In this document: in pieces, positions 1-8,972 of the stretch
Numbering within the stretch: the stretch's first letter is position 1
Layout of the letters: every line of letters starts with the position of its first letter
Assembly (NCBI GenBank): GCA_043734285.1
Contig: JAYTFP010000017.1
Span: 1-41,800, forward strand
Direction: 5' to 3'
Length of the DNA: 41,800 nucleotides
Source: Acidimicrobiaceae bacterium
Lineage (GTDB): Bacteria > Actinomycetota > Acidimicrobiia > Acidimicrobiales > Microtrichaceae
The notes under the pieces: generated by a model
Databases searched by the model: none
Told to the model about the DNA's origin: nothing
What the model saw: only the letters and a program-made list of their open reading frames with translations
Translations under genes and position numbers: made by a program

Positions 1-1215
1 TACGGCTCACTGGGCGACCTCGAGACCTCGCTGGTCCAGGGCCAACAGGGCGTGGCCACGGCGCTCGGCGCGCACGTCGACACCGTGACGTGGCCCACGG
101 ATCCGACAGTCGGACCGAACGCTGTCTCGTCGCTCACCCAGGCCGGGGTGCGCCGCGTGATCGTCGATCCATCGCGACTCACCGCGTCGCGCCAGGTCGG
201 ATCAGAGAATCCGTACGGGAAGCGGTTCACGTTGGGTGGATCGAGGGGTGCGACGCTCGACGCCCTGGCGGTCGATCCCGACGTGCGCGACCTCCTCCAT
301 ACGAAGGAGCAGCCGGCGACAGCCCTCAACCTCGCGATGACCGAGTTGCTCGCTTCGTGGTTCGGGTCGAGCACGGGGCACCGGGGCGCGGTCATCGCGA
401 TCGACGACGCCACGCCCACGGACACCGTCGCCGCGCTCGCCGCGATGTTGGACGACGTCGAGGGCGCTCCGATCCACGCGGCGTCGATCGACCAAGTGTT
501 CCACGACACCGACTCGTTCACGACCCGCACGAACGGTCGCTCATCGAACGTTGTGCGAACGCTCTCCCCCACCAGCGGTGCCATCGACGTGCGTGGACTC
601 TCGCGAACGCTCGCCACGCTGCGCGATCACGTCGGCGCGTTCCGCTCGATCTTCGGCGCGGACGATCCGTCCGTCACCACAGTGGCGAACCTCATGGCGA
701 CGGCTCAGGACCGCAGCCTCTCGGCCGCCGAGCAGGCCGGCTACGCCAGCGACGCCTCGCACCGCATCGACGCCGATCTCCACAAGATCTCGGTGCCGAA
801 ACCGCGCTCACTCACGGTGACCGCTCGCCAGGCGAACATCCCGCTGCGGTTCACGAACGACCTCAATCGAGACGCTCGCGTGCGCCTGCACCTCCGCAGC
901 CCGCGCCTCGAGTTCTCGTCGGGCCAGGTCCGCACACTCGTGCTGAAACCAGGCACGACTCGCATCGATGTCCCGGTGCGCGTCCAGGCGTCGGGTCAGT
1001 TCCTCCTCACGGTCGAGCTGCGATCCGCCGACGACGAGCTCGTCATCGCGGCCGGTCGACAGAGCATCCGGTCGACCGCTTTCAGCGGCGTCGGACTCAT
1101 CCTGTCGGGCGGCGCGCTGGTCGTCCTCGTGGTGTGGTGGATCCGCACGCTCCGAACGCGCACCGTCGAACGAACCGACGAACGGCTGCCCGAGGCCGAG
1201 GAGGCTGACCGGTAG
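1..1215 (+). CDS. DUF6049-like envelope protein, C-terminal part (5' end lies outside the window)
   Basis: The frame is open from base 1, with no stop before the listed GTG at 52. Stop is TAG 1213-1215. A beta-rich C-terminal region is followed by one TM helix (FSGVGLILSGGALVVLVVWWI) and a charged tail. It occupies the Rv3909-type position in the actinobacterial origin block. Confidence 0.5.
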   Translation, partial: YGSLGDLETSLVQGQQGVATALGAHVDTVTWPTDPTVGPNAVSSLTQAGVRRVIVDPSRLTASRQVGSENPYGKRFTLGGSRGATLDALAVDPDVRDLLHTKEQPATALNLAMTELLASWFGSSTGHRGAVIAIDDATPTDTVAALAAMLDDVEGAPIHAASIDQVFHDTDSFTTRTNGRSSNVVRTLSPTSGAIDVRGLSRTLATLRDHVGAFRSIFGADDPSVTTVANLMATAQDRSLSAAEQAGYASDASHRIDADLHKISVPKPRSLTVTARQANIPLRFTNDLNRDARVRLHLRSPRLEFSSGQVRTLVLKPGTTRIDVPVRVQASGQFLLTVELRSADDELVIAAGRQSIRSTAFSGVGLILSGGALVVLVVWWIRTLRTRTVERTDERLPEAEEADR

Positions 1216-1225
1216 CGTTGCGCGG

Positions 1226-2761
1226 GTGGGTGACTCGTCCGAGGGAGTGGTGCCGACTCCCGGTCTGGTCATCGCCGATCGGTACCGCCTCGAAGCCCGG
1301 ATCGATTCCGGTGGGATGGCGCAGGTGTGGAGTGCCATCGACGAGCGCGACGGCTCTCGCGTCGCCGTCAAGATCCTCCACCCGCACCTGCTCGACGATG
1401 CCGCGTTCCTCGAGCGGTTCCGCCGCGAGGCCGCCGCAGCGGCGCGGCTGCGTCACCCCAACATCGTCGCGGTCCACGACACGTGCTCGATCCCGGGCCT
1501 CGAAGCCATCGTCATGGAATTCGTCGACGGCGTCAGCCTCCGCCAGCGCCTCGACACTGCCGGCGTCCTCGAGCCGATCGACGTGGTCGAGATCGGCTGT
1601 CGGGTTGCCGACGCGCTCGGCGCGGCGCACGCACAGGGCCTGGTGCACCGCGACGTCAAGCCGGCCAACATCCTCATCGCCGACGATCAGACGGTGCGCC
1701 TCGCCGACTTCGGCATCGCCAAGTCGGATCAACAGACCGAGATGACCGTCGCCGGCTCACTGGTCGGCACCGCGACCTATCTCTCACCCGAACAGGTCCT
1801 CGGCGAACGCACCGACGGGCGCAGCGACCTCTACTCACTCGGCGTGGTGCTGTACGAAGCAGCGTGCGGGTCGCCCCCGTTCCACGCGGAGTCACCGGCG
1901 GCCACAGCCCTCGTCCGCCTGCACCAGGCGCCACCTCCCCTTTCTGCTCGCAGGACCGCTCTGCGCCCCGCGCTGTGTGACGTGATCATGCGCTGCCTCG
2001 AACGCAACCCCGACGATCGCTACCCCGACGCGGCAGCGTTGCGTGACGCCCTCGGCTCGGCGCTCACCAAGACGACCGGCGAACTGCCGGTGGTGACGCT
2101 CGCGAAGCCGACCCGCAGCCGTGCGCCGCGGCGCACCGGCGGACCGGCCGCTGCAGCAGCGTCTCGTCGACGTCCGCCTCGATCGAAAATCGGCACCGCG
2201 ACGCTCGCGGTACTCATCGCGAGTGCGCTCGCGGTGATCACGCTGCTCGTGGTCAAGGCCGCGCAGGGAACGTCCGCGTCGCCCCCGCCCACGACCGCCC
2301 CGCGTGCCGAACTCATTCCCATCGCGAAAGTGGAGACGTTCGATCCACGGCCCCTCGGCGACGGCATGGAGAACGACTCGAGGGTCGGCTCAGTGATCGA
2401 GGGCCTCCCGAGCAGCGCCTGGTCGACAGAGGCATACAACTCTCAGGAGTTCGGCACCAAGCGCGGCGTCGGCCTGCTCCTCACGCTGCCGCGGCGAAGT
2501 GTCGTCGACCGGATCGAGATCGATTCTCCCGATGTGGGCTGGTCCGTGGAGATCTCGGTGCTCGACACGCTGCCGACGGGTCCCCCGGCGCAAGCCGATG
2601 CAACCGCGAGCGCGACCGGTATCAACGGGTCGACGGCACTCGACACCACTGGCCACCCGGGCACCCTGGTGCTCGTGTGGATCACCCGACTCGGCAACGG
2701 ACGTCCCCGGTACAACCTCGCCATTTCCGCAGTCAGGGTGATGGGTCGGCCGGCAACGTGA
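1226..2761 (+). CDS. Transmembrane Hanks-type Ser/Thr protein kinase with an extracytoplasmic beta-rich domain
   Basis: Listed ORF is 968-2761. GTG 1226 is the first in-frame start after the upstream stop, and the kinase core follows directly. Motifs seen: VAVK, HRDVKPANILI, DFG, SPE. These are followed by a Pro/Arg linker, one TM helix (TATLAVLIASALAVITLLVV) and about 150 aa outside the membrane. The start is uncertain (GTG 1247/1250 are alternatives). Confidence 0.85.
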   Translation: MGDSSEGVVPTPGLVIADRYRLEARIDSGGMAQVWSAIDERDGSRVAVKILHPHLLDDAAFLERFRREAAAAARLRHPNIVAVHDTCSIPGLEAIVMEFVDGVSLRQRLDTAGVLEPIDVVEIGCRVADALGAAHAQGLVHRDVKPANILIADDQTVRLADFGIAKSDQQTEMTVAGSLVGTATYLSPEQVLGERTDGRSDLYSLGVVLYEAACGSPPFHAESPAATALVRLHQAPPPLSARRTALRPALCDVIMRCLERNPDDRYPDAAALRDALGSALTKTTGELPVVTLAKPTRSRAPRRTGGPAAAAASRRRPPRSKIGTATLAVLIASALAVITLLVVKAAQGTSASPPPTTAPRAELIPIAKVETFDPRPLGDGMENDSRVGSVIEGLPSSAWSTEAYNSQEFGTKRGVGLLLTLPRRSVVDRIEIDSPDVGWSVEISVLDTLPTGPPAQADATASATGINGSTALDTTGHPGTLVLVWITRLGNGRPRYNLAISAVRVMGRPAT

Positions 2762-3318
2762 CCTCCGACGCGTCCGATCTCGTCGCCGCTGCGCAAGGCG
2801 GTGACCGGCGAGCGATGGAGGCGCTGCTCGAGCGCCACTACGACGCGATCCATGCGCTCTGTCGTCGCATCACCGCCGATCCCAGCGACGCCGACGACGC
2901 GACCCAGGAGGCGCTGATCGCGGTGGTTCGCGGGCTTGCCGGCTTCGACGGCCGGTCGAGTTTCTCGACGTGGGTGTATCGAGTCTCGACCAACGCCTGT
3001 CTCGACGAGCTCCGACGACGGCGGCGGCGGCCGATCGCGGTCGAACCCGTCGAACAGGTCGATCGAGACGACTTCGAGTCCGCGGTGGCCGACCGCGACG
3101 AGGTCGACCGCTGGCTCGGTTCACTTCCCGTCGAGTTCCGCACCGCGGTGACACTTCGCGACGTCTGCGGGCTCGACTACGCGGAGATCGCGGACGTGCT
3201 CGGAGTGCCGATCGGCACCGTTCGGTCGCGGATCGCTCGTGGGCGACGACTCCTCGCCGACACGTTCCCGGGGAACTTTTCGGCGAACGGTGACGTCGAA
3301 ACAGGTGACCATGACTGA
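2758..3318 (+). CDS. ECF (group 4) RNA polymerase sigma factor, SigM-like by position
   Basis: In-frame GTG 2758 overlaps the kinase stop (GTGA). Region 2 is seen as DATQEALIAVVRGLAGFDGRSSFSTWVYRVSTNACLDELRRRRR. Region 4 HTH is seen as LRDVCGLDYAEIADVLGVPIGTVRSRIARGRRLL. Confidence 0.88.
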   Translation: MTSDASDLVAAAQGGDRRAMEALLERHYDAIHALCRRITADPSDADDATQEALIAVVRGLAGFDGRSSFSTWVYRVSTNACLDELRRRRRRPIAVEPVEQVDRDDFESAVADRDEVDRWLGSLPVEFRTAVTLRDVCGLDYAEIADVLGVPIGTVRSRIARGRRLLADTFPGNFSANGDVETGDHD

Positions 3319-4054
3319 GCACGACGATCGGGACGATCTCGCGTCCGCCCTTCTCGGAGGGCATCTCGACCCGCAAGAGCCGCGCGTCCGCGCCCGTCAC
3401 ATCGCCGCCGCACTCGACGCGTTCGAGGAGCTGTCGGCTGGTTCGACGACCGCTCCGGACGCCGGTGTGGTCGTGCGCACGAATCGCTGGCGGCGACCCC
3501 TCCTCGCGATCGCCTCGGTCGCGGCCGCAGCGATCGTCGTCGCCGGCATCACGCTCCGCGAGCACAACCCGGCGGTGCGGTCGAGTGATGTCGCCAGCGT
3601 CGCACGGCGGCCCGACGCAACGGTGCTGCGTCCCCAAGCCGGTGTCACCGCCGGGGCAGCGCAGGACAGCGCCGCCAACAAGAGCGCCGCGGCACCGTCG
3701 GTCGGCAGCCGTTCGGCGGCCTCGGGTGCTGACACGGGTATGAGCCTCGGCGTGTTCGCCGATGAGGCAGCGCTGCGAGCCGCCGTCGTGGCACTCGACC
3801 GCGCGCCGGTGACGACCTCCACTCCGCCAGCCGCGCCGGTACCGGCGTCCGCGCCCACCTCGACGACCATCGCTGCGTTCGACGCGGCCCTGCCCTGCGC
3901 GACCACCCCGGTCACCGGCGCAGTCGAACTCCATCGCTACCGAGCGGTGCTGCGTTTCGTGCCCGTGACGATCGTCGTCGTGCGCGTCGACGGTGGCGCG
4001 ACGCCGGTGATCGGTGTCCTCGAACCACCCGACTGTCACCTGCGCGAGTTGTGA
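3311..4054 (+). CDS. Putative membrane-spanning anti-sigma factor (non-ZAS)
   Basis: ATG 3311 overlaps the sigma stop 3316-3318 (ATGACTGA). It has a short cytoplasmic N-terminus, one TM helix (LLAIASVAAAAIVVAGITL) and an Ala/Pro-rich outside domain. No HxxxCxxC motif is present. The call rests mainly on position directly downstream of the ECF sigma. Confidence 0.5.
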   Translation: MTEHDDRDDLASALLGGHLDPQEPRVRARHIAAALDAFEELSAGSTTAPDAGVVVRTNRWRRPLLAIASVAAAAIVVAGITLREHNPAVRSSDVASVARRPDATVLRPQAGVTAGAAQDSAANKSAAAPSVGSRSAASGADTGMSLGVFADEAALRAAVVALDRAPVTTSTPPAAPVPASAPTSTTIAAFDAALPCATTPVTGAVELHRYRAVLRFVPVTIVVVRVDGGATPVIGVLEPPDCHLREL

Positions 4055-4103
4055 CGGCGCGAATCTGGTGGACCACTCCGCCCGACCCCTAGGCTCCACC
4101 GCC

Positions 4104-4436
4104 ATGACTGCTGAGCCCACGGCGAATTCGTCGCCGGCGCCATCCGGCGCACTCCCCGAATCCGACTGGACCGATCAGGTCACCGACCTCGTGGTCCACC
4201 TCGTCGACACGACCCGTGGCCGCACGACCGGGCCGATCCTCAAGCTCGCACGCGTGGTCGTCTACGGCTTCGTCGCACTCGTCGTGCTGGGCGTCGTCGG
4301 CGTGCTGGGTCTGGCCCTGATCGGCCGGAGTCTCTCGTTGATCCCGGTCGACATCTGGATCAGCTACCTCGGCCTCGGCGCCCTGTTGGTGCTGAGCGGG
4401 CTGTTCCTGTGGAGCCGCCGGAAGCCACGCGCATGA
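4104..4436 (+). CDS. Small integral membrane protein (2 predicted TM helices), unknown function
   Basis: ATG 4104 lies within listed ORF 4014-4436. Hydrophobic segments are VVVYGFVALVVLGVVGVLGLALIG and ISYLGLGALLVLSGLFLW. The stop overlaps the trxB start (ATGA at 4433-4436). Confidence 0.55.
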   Translation: MTAEPTANSSPAPSGALPESDWTDQVTDLVVHLVDTTRGRTTGPILKLARVVVYGFVALVVLGVVGVLGLALIGRSLSLIPVDIWISYLGLGALLVLSGLFLWSRRKPRA

Positions 4437-5395
4437 CCGACACCATCAACGACGTCGTCATCGTCGGGTCGGGGCCCGCCGGGCTGACCGCGGCGATCTA
4501 CTCGGCCCGTGCGGGTCTCGGTCCGGTGGTCCTCGAGGGCGAGCCGTCCTCGACCAGCGATCAACCGGGCGGTCAGTTGATGCTCACGACCGAGGTCGAG
4601 AACTATCCGGGCTTCCCCGACGGGATCATGGGTCCCGACCTCATGGAGAACTTCCGCAACCAGGCGCTCCGCTTCGGCGCGGAGATCCTCACGGTGAAGG
4701 CATCGCAGGTCGACTTCTCCGAGCGTCCCTTCAAGATCTGGGTCGGCGACACCTCTGCTCCGCCGACCTACCGGGCGCGGACCGTGGTCGTCGCCACCGG
4801 CGCCCAGTCGTTGATGCTCGGCCTCGACGCCGAGCAGCGTCTGATCGGCCACGGCCTGTCGACGTGCGCGACCTGCGACGGCTTCTTCTTCCGCGATCAC
4901 GAGATCTGCGTCGTCGGCGGCGGCGATTCCGCGCTCGAAGAAGCGCTCTTCCTCACCCGATTCGCGAGCTCGGTCACCGTGATCCACCGCCGTGACACGC
5001 TCCGGGCATCGAAGATCATGCAGGACCGGGCTCTCGCCAACCCCAAGATCCGTTTCCTGTGGAACTCGGCCGTCGACGACATCGTCGGCGAAACCAGCGT
5101 CGAAGGGGTGCTGGTGCGTGATCTGGTCACCGATCACGTGACACAACATGATTTCACCGGCATTTTCGTGGCAATTGGCCATCGTCCGAACACCGAGCTC
5201 TTCGCCGGTCACCTGGCGATGAAGGACAACGGCTACCTGATCACCGATGCGAAGACGTCGGCCACCAGCGTCGACGGTGTGTTCGCCTGTGGCGACGTGC
5301 AGGACGACCGCTACCGCCAGGCGATCACCGCCGCGGGTTCGGGCTGCGCCGCCGCGATCGACGCCGAACGCTGGTTGGAAGCTCACGCCGAATAG
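4433..5395 (+). CDS. trxB: Thioredoxin-disulfide reductase
   Basis: FAD motif VVIVGSGPAGLTAAIY, redox-active CATCDG and NADPH motif VVGGGDSALEEA are all seen. ATG 4433 lies inside listed ORF 4409-5395. Confidence 0.95.
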   Translation: MTDTINDVVIVGSGPAGLTAAIYSARAGLGPVVLEGEPSSTSDQPGGQLMLTTEVENYPGFPDGIMGPDLMENFRNQALRFGAEILTVKASQVDFSERPFKIWVGDTSAPPTYRARTVVVATGAQSLMLGLDAEQRLIGHGLSTCATCDGFFFRDHEICVVGGGDSALEEALFLTRFASSVTVIHRRDTLRASKIMQDRALANPKIRFLWNSAVDDIVGETSVEGVLVRDLVTDHVTQHDFTGIFVAIGHRPNTELFAGHLAMKDNGYLITDAKTSATSVDGVFACGDVQDDRYRQAITAAGSGCAAAIDAERWLEAHAE

Positions 5396-5459
5396 GCATG
5401 GAATGCCGCCGCCACCTTCGGCGTTCGGATGCGTACGCAACTCCCCCGAAAGGATTGTC

Positions 5460-5780
5460 ATGGGTATCACCAATCTCACCGAGGCCACCTTCAGTGAAGA
5501 GGTCAACTCGTCGTCGGTGCCGGTCGTGGTCGATTTCTGGGCCGAGTGGTGCAAGCCCTGCAAGATGATCTCGCCGATCCTCGAGGAGATTGCCGACGGC
5601 AATCCCGAGAAGATCCGGGTGACGAAGGTGAACGTCGACGAGCATCCCGGCCTGGCACGCACTTACAACGTGCAGAGCATTCCCACCCTCATCGTTTTCA
5701 AAGACGGCCAAGAGGATCTCCGGGTCATCGGTGCCAAGGGCAAGCCCCAACTGCTCGAAGACCTCGCGGTCTACCTCTGA
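5460..5780 (+). CDS. trxA: Thioredoxin (active site WCKPC rather than WCGPC)
   Basis: ATG 5460 is preceded by GAAAGGA. The 106-aa product shows VVVDFWAEWCKPCKMISP...IPTLIVFKDG. The listed ORF 5247-5780 is an upstream extension overlapping trxB. Confidence 0.92.
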   Translation: MGITNLTEATFSEEVNSSSVPVVVDFWAEWCKPCKMISPILEEIADGNPEKIRVTKVNVDEHPGLARTYNVQSIPTLIVFKDGQEDLRVIGAKGKPQLLEDLAVYL

Positions 5781-5859
5781 GGCACAGAGCCGAGTTGGTC
5801 GCTGACGTCGAGCGCCCATGACGGTTCATCGGCTTCGCCGACAGAACGCTGTCATGATG

Positions 5860-5890
5860 GAGCCTGCCTGCCGCCTCACGGCGCAGGCTC
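5860..5890 (+). terminator. GC-rich stem-loop after trxA (no U tract)
   Basis: GAGCCTGC (5860-5867) pairs with GCAGGCTC (5883-5890), with an inner GCCG/CGGC pairing. It is not followed by a T run, so intrinsic terminator function is uncertain. Confidence 0.3.
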
Positions 5891-5940
5891 TACGATCACC
5901 GCCGAACCGTCGGTACGCCGACGGACGGGAAGGATGATCG

Positions 5941-6909
5941 GTGATGGTTCGCGAGCTACGTCCTGGTGACAGAGGTCCCGACGTCATCGATCTCCGCCAT
6001 CGGCTCCGCTCGCTCGGCTTCGAGGCCGGGCAGCCCGGCGATCAGTTCGACCTCACCATGGGCGACGCCGTCAAGGCGTTCCAGCAGTCCAGGGGGCTGC
6101 AGCCCGATGGCCAGTGCGGCACGCAGACCTGGAAGGCACTCGTCGAGGCGAGCTTCCAGCTCGGTGACCGACTCATCTGCCTGACCGCGCCGATGATGCG
6201 CGGCGATGACGTCGCGGAGCTCCAGCTCCGACTCGGATCTCTCGGCTTCGATGCGGGTCGGGTCGACGGCATCTTCGGCGCCGCAACCCAACGAGCCCTC
6301 GGCGACTTCCAGCAGAACGTCGGGATCGTCTGCGACTTCGTCTGCGGGCCGGTGACCACCGAGCATCTCGTGCGGCTCGCGACGCGCGGCGGCAGCGTCT
6401 CGGTCGCCGGCCTCCGCGAGCGGGAGCAGCTGAACACCTCCTCGCTCGAGCTGATCGGAATGCGCATCGCCATCTGTCACAAAGATGACGACGGGCTCCT
6501 CGCCGGCGCGGTCGGCGCGTCGCTCCACCACGCGGGCGCGACCGTCGCGGTGTTCTCGGCAGGCGACTGGTCGCAGCTCGCGGTGCTGTCCAACAGCTTC
6601 GACGCGACGATGTGCCTCGGCTTGGCGACCCGCAGTGACGAGACATGTCAGTGCTCGTATTTCGCCACCGACGGGTTCGTCTCGTTCGGCGGACAGCGCC
6701 TTGCCGAGATGGTCATCCGCCAACTCCCCAAGGTCGGCGAGCTGGCTCACCCGTCAATGGTACCGATGCGCGTTCCGCTGCTCCGCGAGACCAGGGCGTC
6801 CGCGATGCTGCTGGAGATCGGACCCGAGGACCAGGTGCTCGAGCACCTCAGCCTGCTCGCTGCGAGTATCCAGCGGGCCATCGTCGCCTGGATCGCTCGG
6901 CCGGTCTGA
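5941..6909 (+). CDS. cwlM: CwlM-like protein: two peptidoglycan-binding (PG_binding_1) repeats plus a degenerate amidase_3-like domain
   Basis: Two repeats of the pattern GDxGxDVxxLQxxLxxLGFxxGxxDGxFGxxTxxAxxxFQ are present. The C-terminal domain ends in an LLEIGP-type motif. The position after trxA matches Rv3915. The start is GTG 5941 or ATG 5944, after GGGAAGGA. Confidence 0.72.
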   Translation: MMVRELRPGDRGPDVIDLRHRLRSLGFEAGQPGDQFDLTMGDAVKAFQQSRGLQPDGQCGTQTWKALVEASFQLGDRLICLTAPMMRGDDVAELQLRLGSLGFDAGRVDGIFGAATQRALGDFQQNVGIVCDFVCGPVTTEHLVRLATRGGSVSVAGLREREQLNTSSLELIGMRIAICHKDDDGLLAGAVGASLHHAGATVAVFSAGDWSQLAVLSNSFDATMCLGLATRSDETCQCSYFATDGFVSFGGQRLAEMVIRQLPKVGELAHPSMVPMRVPLLRETRASAMLLEIGPEDQVLEHLSLLAASIQRAIVAWIARPV

Positions 6910-7026
6910 AGAGGGGATCGAGCGTTCAGGTGAGCCGCTCGGCGAAGGCTCATCGTCCACCAAACGTTCGCTTGTCCCCAGACTTACCCCCAGGCTGTGG
7001 ACAATGGTTCGGGACCCGTTCACACC

Positions 7027-7908
7027 TCAGGGATTGATGATCCTGTAGATGCGCTCGAGGTCTTCGAGGTTGGCGAACTCGATGACCATCTTGCCCTTCT
7101 TCGTGTTCATCGAGACGCTCACGCGGGTCTCCAGACGACCCGACAGCAACTCCTCGAGCTCGAGGAGGCCGGGGGGACGGAGGCGTTTCGGTGCCGGGCC
7201 GGGTGCGGGGCTGTCAGTGTCGCCGAGCTGTTGCGAGAGCTCCTCTCGCTCACGGATGAGCTGCTCGGTGGCCCGCACCGAGAGGTCTTCCGCGACGATC
7301 CGCTTGGTCAGCGCCTCCTGGTACGAGCGATCGGGCGTGCCGAGCAGCGCCTTGGCGTGACCGGCACTGATCGCGCCCTCGCCGACCGCCTTCTGGACCA
7401 CGGGCGGCAGTTGGAACATGCGGAGCAGGTTCGCCACGGCGGAGCGGCTCTTGCCGACCCGCTTGGCCGCCTGTTCCTGGGTGAGCCCAAAGTCCTCGAT
7501 CAGCTGCTGATAGGCGGCTGCCTCCTCGAGTGGATTGAGGTCCTGGCGGTGAAGATTCTCGACCAACGCCTGCTCGAGCGTGGCCACCTCGGTCACGTCA
7601 CGGATCACGGCCGGAATCGTCAGCAGGCCGGCCCGGCGCGCGGCGCGCCAGCGGCGCTCGCCCGCGATCAACTCGTAGGAGTGATCATCGATCGGGCGAA
7701 CCAGGATCGGCTGGAGCACGCCGATCTCACGGATCGACTCGGTCAGCGAGTTCAGCGACGCCTCGTCGAACTGAGCCCGGGGCTGGCGTCGATTCGCCGA
7801 CACGCTGGCGATCGCCACCTCGGTGAAGCCGGTCGACGGAGTCGACATTGCGCCGTCGGTCGGGATCAGTGCCCCGATTCCCTTGCCCAATCCGCTACGA
7901 CGAGACAC
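7027..7908 (-). CDS. parB: Chromosome partitioning protein ParB
   Basis: N-terminus is MSRRSGLGKGIGALIP. The ParB box GERRWRAARRAGL and an HTH region are present. The gene overlaps the parA stop by 14 nt. Confidence 0.95.
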   Translation of the reverse strand: MSRRSGLGKGIGALIPTDGAMSTPSTGFTEVAIASVSANRRQPRAQFDEASLNSLTESIREIGVLQPILVRPIDDHSYELIAGERRWRAARRAGLLTIPAVIRDVTEVATLEQALVENLHRQDLNPLEEAAAYQQLIEDFGLTQEQAAKRVGKSRSAVANLLRMFQLPPVVQKAVGEGAISAGHAKALLGTPDRSYQEALTKRIVAEDLSVRATEQLIREREELSQQLGDTDSPAPGPAPKRLRPPGLLELEELLSGRLETRVSVSMNTKKGKMVIEFANLEDLERIYRIINP

Positions 7909-8860
7909 TGTGGACCTCCCGAGCCAGTTCCCGATATGCCACCGCTCCTCGCGAACTCGGATCGTAGGTCGTGATCGGCTGACCGAACGACGGTGCCTCG
8001 GAGATCCGGATGTTGCGGGGAATCATGATCCGACAAACCAGGTCGCCGAAGTGCTCCCTGACCTCGGTGGAGACCTGCTCGGCGAGCCTGGTCCGCCCGT
8101 CGTACATGACCAGGACGATCGCCGTCAGCTCGAGCGCGGTGTTCAGATTCTTCTGCACGAGCGAGATGTTGCGGATGAGCTGTCCCAGGCCCTCCAGCGC
8201 GTAGTACTCGCACTGAATCGGCACCATCACCTCATCGGCTGCCGCGAGGGCGTTGACCGTCAGCAACCCCAGTGAGGGCGGACAGTCGATGAGGATGTAG
8301 TCGTAGTCGCCCTTCACCTCGTTGATGGCATTGCGAAGCCGCATCTCGCGGCTGAACGCCGGCACCAACTCGATCTCGGCGCCAGCAAGATCAAGGCTCG
8401 CGGGCGCCAGGAACAGGTTCAGCACGGATGTCGACTCGATGCAATCCTCGAGCGGCACATCGTTGAGGAGCACGTCGTAGATCGAGTGCTCCAACGCCCG
8501 GCTGTTGATGCCCAGGCCTGTCGTCGCGTTGCCCTGCGGATCAAGATCGATGATCAGGGTGCGATGGTCGGCCTCGGCGAGCGCCGCGCCAAGATTGACC
8601 GTCGTCGTCGTCTTGCCGACGCCACCCTTCTGGTTGGCCAACGCGATCACGCGGGGGAGTGGCCGCAGCCGCCGCTCGGATGGACGTTCGTCTGATCCCG
8701 GCGCGATCAGGTCGTCGTTGCCATCGTCATCGATGACCTCGTCGGACTCGCCGCTGGCGGTGGTGACAGCCACCGGAGCGGGCTGATCGGCAGGGAGCGG
8801 TGGCACGACCTGGAGAGGGGCATCCTGCGACGTCTCTCGGTTGCCGACATAGTCGTTCAC
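7895..8860 (-). CDS. parA: Chromosome partitioning ATPase ParA/Soj
   Basis: Deviant Walker A is seen as IALANQKGGVGKTTTTVNLG. The 3' end is firm. The start is uncertain: GTG 8860 has GGGAG 7 nt upstream, with alternatives ATG 8959 and TTG 8992 (longest ORF). GC3 rises after about 8860. Confidence 0.88.
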   Translation of the reverse strand: MNDYVGNRETSQDAPLQVVPPLPADQPAPVAVTTASGESDEVIDDDGNDDLIAPGSDERPSERRLRPLPRVIALANQKGGVGKTTTTVNLGAALAEADHRTLIIDLDPQGNATTGLGINSRALEHSIYDVLLNDVPLEDCIESTSVLNLFLAPASLDLAGAEIELVPAFSREMRLRNAINEVKGDYDYILIDCPPSLGLLTVNALAAADEVMVPIQCEYYALEGLGQLIRNISLVQKNLNTALELTAIVLVMYDGRTRLAEQVSTEVREHFGDLVCRIMIPRNIRISEAPSFGQPITTYDPSSRGAVAYRELAREVHSVSS

Positions 8861-8972
8861 ACGCGTACTCCCGATGTTCACCCGACCCGAATGGGACGGG
8901 TGCTGCCCTGTCCCCACGACGTGCACATACTTCAGCCTGCGACCAGCGGAGTCAAGCATCGGGCCCCGCGAC

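Noticed and set aside
2870-4120. 416-aa minus-strand ORF across the sigma/anti-sigma genes, plus other alternative-frame ORFs in 1-4 kb
   Set aside because: The composition is extremely Arg-rich, and the ORF overlaps a well-supported ECF sigma gene in the opposite sense.
4300-4432. A SigR-type (GGAAT-N18-GTT) or ECF-type promoter directly upstream of trxB
   Set aside because: I found no match with correct spacing. trxB appears to be translationally coupled to the preceding membrane-protein gene instead.
4364-5662. 432-aa minus-strand ORF antisense to trxB/trxA
   Set aside because: The same high-GC antisense artefact. The plus strand carries complete trxB and trxA with their active-site motifs.
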